DNA of 64,000 bases from Eledone cirrhosa. Lineage: Eukaryota. The notes under the pieces were generated by a model. That model did not search any database and was not told the origin of the DNA. It saw only the letters and a program-made list of their open reading frames with translations. Shown here piece by piece: positions 12,256 to 64,000 of this stretch. The first letter of the stretch is position 1; the number at the start of each line of letters is the position of its first letter. The translations under genes and the position numbers were made by a program. Location: NCBI GenBank assembly GCA_964016885.1, contig OZ024742.1:101184001-101248000 (forward strand), read 5' to 3'.

Positions 12256-14035
12256 GTTAAATGTGATAATTCATGGCTGTATTTCTGTGCTGTTAATAGT
12301 GATGTAATTTCACACTTATTTATATAGTTATATACATACACACGCAAGTCTTGAATATCTATTATAAAGGGTCCGTTTGTAAATGACACAAGCTCATCAG
12401 TTATTGTAGACACAAGTACACATAATAAGCTATGTTGGTTAGAGTAACCGTTGTGAAAAAACTCATTCACCAGAAGTTGTGTGTGCGCGTGTGCGCGTGC
12501 GTGCGTGCGTGCGACATCGCTAATCTACCTAACAGACACTGAACAATGAACAAAGGCCTAAATTATAAACCCAAAGAGCTCAAATTTGAGGAGGGTGTGA
12601 AGTGGGGAAATGAGAGTGATGGCAGAGAGAGGTGGATGAGAATGGGAGAAGAATGGCAAAACAGCAGAGGCTGGCATGGACTAGGTCAGTAATGGATAGA
12701 AGAAGCAGGAGGACCCGAGTTGTTCTTGGGTAGCGGAATTGGACAGTGATGCGCTGTCATAGTGGTAGTGATAACGATATAAGAGGTACGGGGGTATAGC
12801 AGACTGTATAGCAAAGGAAGACGATGGTGGTGGTGTAATTGATGATGGCGGAAGAGTATGAATGTTGCTCTATGGTGATTTATTGTGAGTCATGTAAGCG
12901 ATTGAAGTATTACGTGATGGTGAAATAGTAGTGAGATAACGACGATCCCTTCTGTACTAAAAGCTCTAACCTTGACACATGGGTTAACTAACACCACACC
13001 GCCAAAATAGTAGTGTCTTAGCCAGAAATCATAGCCTTGATATGGATTAACATGAAAATACAGATGTACCTCGGTGGTTAAAAGATATAACGAAGACATA
13101 GATTAACACTACCCGATAGATGCAGTTGCCAACCACAATAGCGATCTACTGAAAATCCTATCCCGCACAACACACACGCACACACACACACCTACGTACA
13201 TCATGTGTCTAAACTATACTATATTGACACACCTTCAAATATACATATACCCATCTCTCTATCTATCTATCTAGAGATATAAGAACGTTGACACAAATCT
13301 TAAACACCTTCAAACTATATGTTCGTATGTATATACACACGTCACACACCCGAACATGTATAGACCTATAAACTTAGACATTAAACAATGTGGTCGTAGT
13401 ACAAATGACGGTTTCTTAAGGCGGCCAGGTCCACACCCATACAGCACTATTGTAAGAAAAGACCATTGTAGTAGCACTATTATTTTTCAAGACCATCTGA
13501 CTACAAACATGCACACACACCCCGAAGACAAAGGCAGATATTTTAAAAATAGATTAAAAAACAATCATCATAGTCATTTAAAAAGAGACGAGAATAAACC
13601 AATACGCTCCTTGCTCAATCAATGCGTGGTTCGATTCCCAACAAAGGTTAATGCATTCTACCCTTGCTACAATGAAATTAAATAAAAATGTCAGTTAATT
13701 GATACCTCAACTTTATATTAAGATAGATATAGGTAGTTTCTCTGGTCAAAAGTTTACTACTTATTTTTCCTCGGTGATTCTTCACATACCAAGTTAGGAT
13801 TTGCATAATAAAAATGAAATTAAATAAAATAAAGGCTTCTTACATTAGACACACAACCTCAATTTTGTTTTCCCGAAACTTTAAAAACAGGGTTGAATAT
13901 CGCTGAAGTAAAATAAAATATACTGAGCGACGATAACCGATATCGTTTTACACAGAAGAACGCTGGCAGATCCTGGTTCGCGTCTGGTTAGTGATGTGCA
14001 CTCACATAAATGTACATATGTGCATGTAAGACTGT

Positions 14036-14089
<54 letters not shown>

Positions 14090-14154
14090 TACAATGGTAA
14101 ATGTTATTGCGAAGTTTCGCCGACGTTGGTCGCTTTACATATACATACACACAC

Positions 14155-14185
<31 letters not shown>

Positions 14186-15749
14186 TACACACACACACAC
14201 ATACATAGAGAGATGCCCGAGTCGTGTCGGGGAGTAACCAATGTTATAAAGGGTACTCAATACATTGGTAGAGTATAGGCATCTTTATTATTTATATATA
14301 GAAATTACTTCTACAGGACTAAAACTGTTTCAATCGTATGAAGTCATCAGGAATATATAAATATAATCATACATATATTTTTGTACGTCAAAATTTTCAT
14401 CGCACTCTTTGCGATCTGGTCACTGACACAGTTCTATTATATATGTATATAATAGTTACATCCACTTTTAGGTTGCAAAACAAGTGAAAATAACATACCA
14501 GAATAACATTACAAATATGTTTTAAATATATACATAATTATGTATATGTATGTAGTGAGTTGGATTTTCAAGAAACTAATAGTTTTATAGTCTTTCTTGA
14601 CAAAGGTGCGTATTCCCCATTATCATAATATGTAAGGCTTGTCAACACAAATCAACATATTGTGCGGTTTGGGTGTCAGCCCTGATTTATCAAAGGGTTC
14701 CAACCTTGACCATCCCTCTATCTTGTCTTTTTATTTTCAGCCACAGTGTCTTTCGGACAACATTAAACCAATGTTTCCTTTAAAAAAAAGACCGTAAGAT
14801 GATTGAAGATTTGACTACTATTTCTAACAGGTCGAGAGACCGCGTAGAGGCTGTTAAATTTCAGATAAGAAAAGCCAAACTCATGAATCACACTAAAAAT
14901 CAGGAAGAGATTATAAAGAGAAAAAAAACATCCGACATTTTCAATTAGGTGTCTATTGAAGCATAAAGACAATAATTTAACCTGATACCCCCCCCCAATA
15001 TATATACATATATATATGGTATCGGGCTAAATTATTGTGGGTGAATGGTTTTGATCAATCAATTGAACTTACTTCCTCATTACTGATTCTCAGTTTACCG
15101 ACCTTCGACATGATTTGAACTCAAATACACACACACGCTAGTCACATTTGATTTCTTGGGGAGCAAGTAAAACTCTTAAGAGATTATATCTAAAAACATT
15201 GATCGATCCTGCTAAATTATATATACATTGACAGACGACAGGTCATACAGAGAGATAGTCATTATGTGTATTTTACATATGTATATATATATATATGTAT
15301 CATTGCATGTGTCACATATATATATATAATATACATGTGTGCGAGTGACACATGCAGTGGTTGACATCGAAGCTATATGAGAGTTACAACTTCAAATTGC
15401 CAAAAATATATTTAAATATACTGTGTATGTGTGTGTGACTCAAAAGTAACCACTCCTTAATCAAAGTATTTCGTTTGGACAACGATGACTACCACACATA
15501 CATCCATATATAGAAAGGAGCATTCACACACAGAAACACGCATAAGCAGACGTACATAAACACACACAGATGACAATCATATACGTACATAATATAATTA
15601 CGTGCACTCATAGACAATTTCATACAGATGTATAAACATAAAAATCACGCCCTTGCAGACAAAAAGATCGCAATTTCATAAATATACATTCTATCTTTTT
15701 TTCATTTCTTTTTAAAATAAAATGACAACAATAAAATCTTAAATCTTAC

Positions 15750-16075
15750 CTTAGTTTTATGAAAACTTTCTGACGGAAATATTAATTAGTAAATACAAAT
15801 GGGAAAAGAAAGATTTTTCAGTGTGCTTCCCGTTTGATATCAAAATAATCTCTGTAGCACCGGCAGTTTATTGTTATTTTTAAAAATCTGAATGTTTTTT
15901 TTTATTATTACAACAATTATTAGTTATCCTTCTTTTTCGTGACGGTTAATTAATAATTATTATTGTTGTTCCGGGTTATGTCTAGGTTCTTCTCTAAAAT
16001 GTTTGCCTTGCCCTCAACGACCACCTGCTCTGCTTTAATTTCAACTTCTCATCAAAACTGAACAAAACTCCACTA
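15750..16075 (-). other. Probable non-coding first (5' UTR) exon of an unidentified divergent gene
   Basis: Consensus donor AAG|GTAAGA on - strand at 15750/15749; unique, CpG-containing sequence; no usable ATG ORF; 5' boundary is a guess. Confidence 0.5.
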
Positions 16076-16077
16076 CT

Positions 16078-16089
16078 CACGCATGCGCA
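16078..16089. promoter_or_regulatory. NRF1/ewg-like motif
   Basis: CACGCATGCGCA (- strand TGCGCATGCGTG), one mismatch from YGCGCAYGCGCR, next to the putative divergent first exon. Confidence 0.5.
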
Positions 16090-16284
16090 CTGGCCAGGCC
16101 TGATTCGCTCTTTGGTGTATTGAGATTACAACTCTTTCTTTACTCCTCTCTCATTCTTTTTTTTCTCTATCTTTCTCTACTCTCTTTCTTTCTTTACACT
16201 CTCTTTGGCTCTGTCTTTTTCTCTCAGTCATTTTCTCTCTCGTTCTCTTTATCTCAATTTCTTTCTTTCTTTTTATTCGCTTAC

Positions 16285-16536
16285 TTATTCCTGAGAGGGT
16301 TGTGGGGGGCAGAGTCCTCAAACACGCCTTCCAGCGGGTCCTGTCAGAAGCAGCCGTCTCCGATTGATTCGGCTGGGTCTCTAAGCGAGACCAGCCAAGC
16401 TCATGGATATTATCCAACCATCTTCCTCGGGGTCTACCCCTGGGTCTCCTGCCGATAGATTTTGCCCGTAAAATATGTCTAGTGATTGATTCCTGAGACA
16501 TACTAACCACTGAAGCAGGTGGAAAACTTCAATCTA
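16285..16536 (-). mobile_element. RTE-clade LINE 3' fragment with inverted 5' piece
   Basis: ORF 16151 contains GRRPRGRPRGRWLD...DRTRW, an RTE C-terminal motif; 16507-16533 reads PLKQVENF on the opposite strand. Confidence 0.8.
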
Positions 16537-17269
16537 TCTCTATTTCTTTTTTATTCTGCATAATTTTTCTTTTCTTATCTTCCTGTTTATGGACCCTCAC
16601 CCCTCTCTTCATTATTTTCTCTTTCATTTCATTGTCTTTCTTTCTCTCTTTCTCCTCTTTTCAATTAACCCCCCCCCCCCCCCTCTCATTCACCCATTCT
16701 ATATCTCACACCTCTTTTCTCTTTTATTATCTAAGCTTCTCTTTTTATACCCCTCTCTCCCATTTTTTCTCCTACCTCTCGTATTTTCTTAGTTTCTCTC
16801 TTTCTCCTACAACTTTACCTCTGCCTCTATCAAACTATCAACCTCCTACCACACGATTTATCACTAACTCTTACTATTACTCTAATTAACACTCTACATT
16901 CCTTTATTTCTAGTTCAGAAAAAAGAACTTTCATTAAGATAAGAAATATAAATCATTAATAAATATCTTAATTTCTAAATTTAATATATATAGATATATA
17001 AATATATTAATAAATGGAAAATAAAAGAACAAAAGGTACTTATGGTAGAAAAAGGTTTACTATGAATTAAGTCGTTTCCGAATACGAAACTAATACCGGT
17101 TAAATAACATTAAATACTGAAGTTGATTATGGATGGTAGTTTAGCGAAAGGCATGCGATAATGTTTGTAATTTATTATTGTAGATTTAACCAGTAGATAT
17201 TCCTTAAAGACTCTTTTTTCTCTATTTCTCGGTTTTGTGTGTGGTCAGAATAAGAAAAACAAGCCGAAA

Positions 17270-63906
<46,637 letters not shown>

Positions 63907-64000
63907 GTAAGGACTTCATTTTCTTTCTTTTATAAACAAACTGTAAACTGAAACACGAACATATGCACATATATATATAAATATATATCATTATCATCGT

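Noticed and set aside
14314-14352. Second hammerhead-like motif on - strand (CCUGAUGAC...GAAACAG)
   Set aside because: Stems I and II do not pair; at best a decayed Penelope-like remnant

Overview
Eukaryotic, AT-rich, repeat-dense genomic DNA. The SINE families and microsatellite load suggest an octopod cephalopod (inference; no search run). The main feature is a + strand MED23 gene (Mediator subunit 23). I traced 27 coding exons by hand from ATG 17270 to 63906: 3103 nt, 1034 codons plus 1 nt, all GT-AG, phases consistent, no stops. The gene continues past the window. A probable non-coding first exon of a divergent - strand gene lies about 1.2 kb upstream, next to an NRF1-like motif; no coding exon of that gene could be identified in 1-15750. 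Introns carry tRNA-derived SINEs, a Vingi/Ingi-type LINE with a target-site duplication (TSD), a CR1-type LINE, RTE fragments, piggyBac-, mariner- and hAT-type MITEs, and several minisatellites. The most unusual observations are: two independent tandem duplications of an exon 3' end plus its splice donor; minisatellites with higher-order or palindromic structure; a Penelope-type minimal hammerhead ribozyme motif; ATTA-targeted SINE insertions with fold-back 5' ends; and inverted SINE pairs next to splice sites. I found no clear evidence of a wholly new multi-gene system. Most supplied ORFs are spurious.
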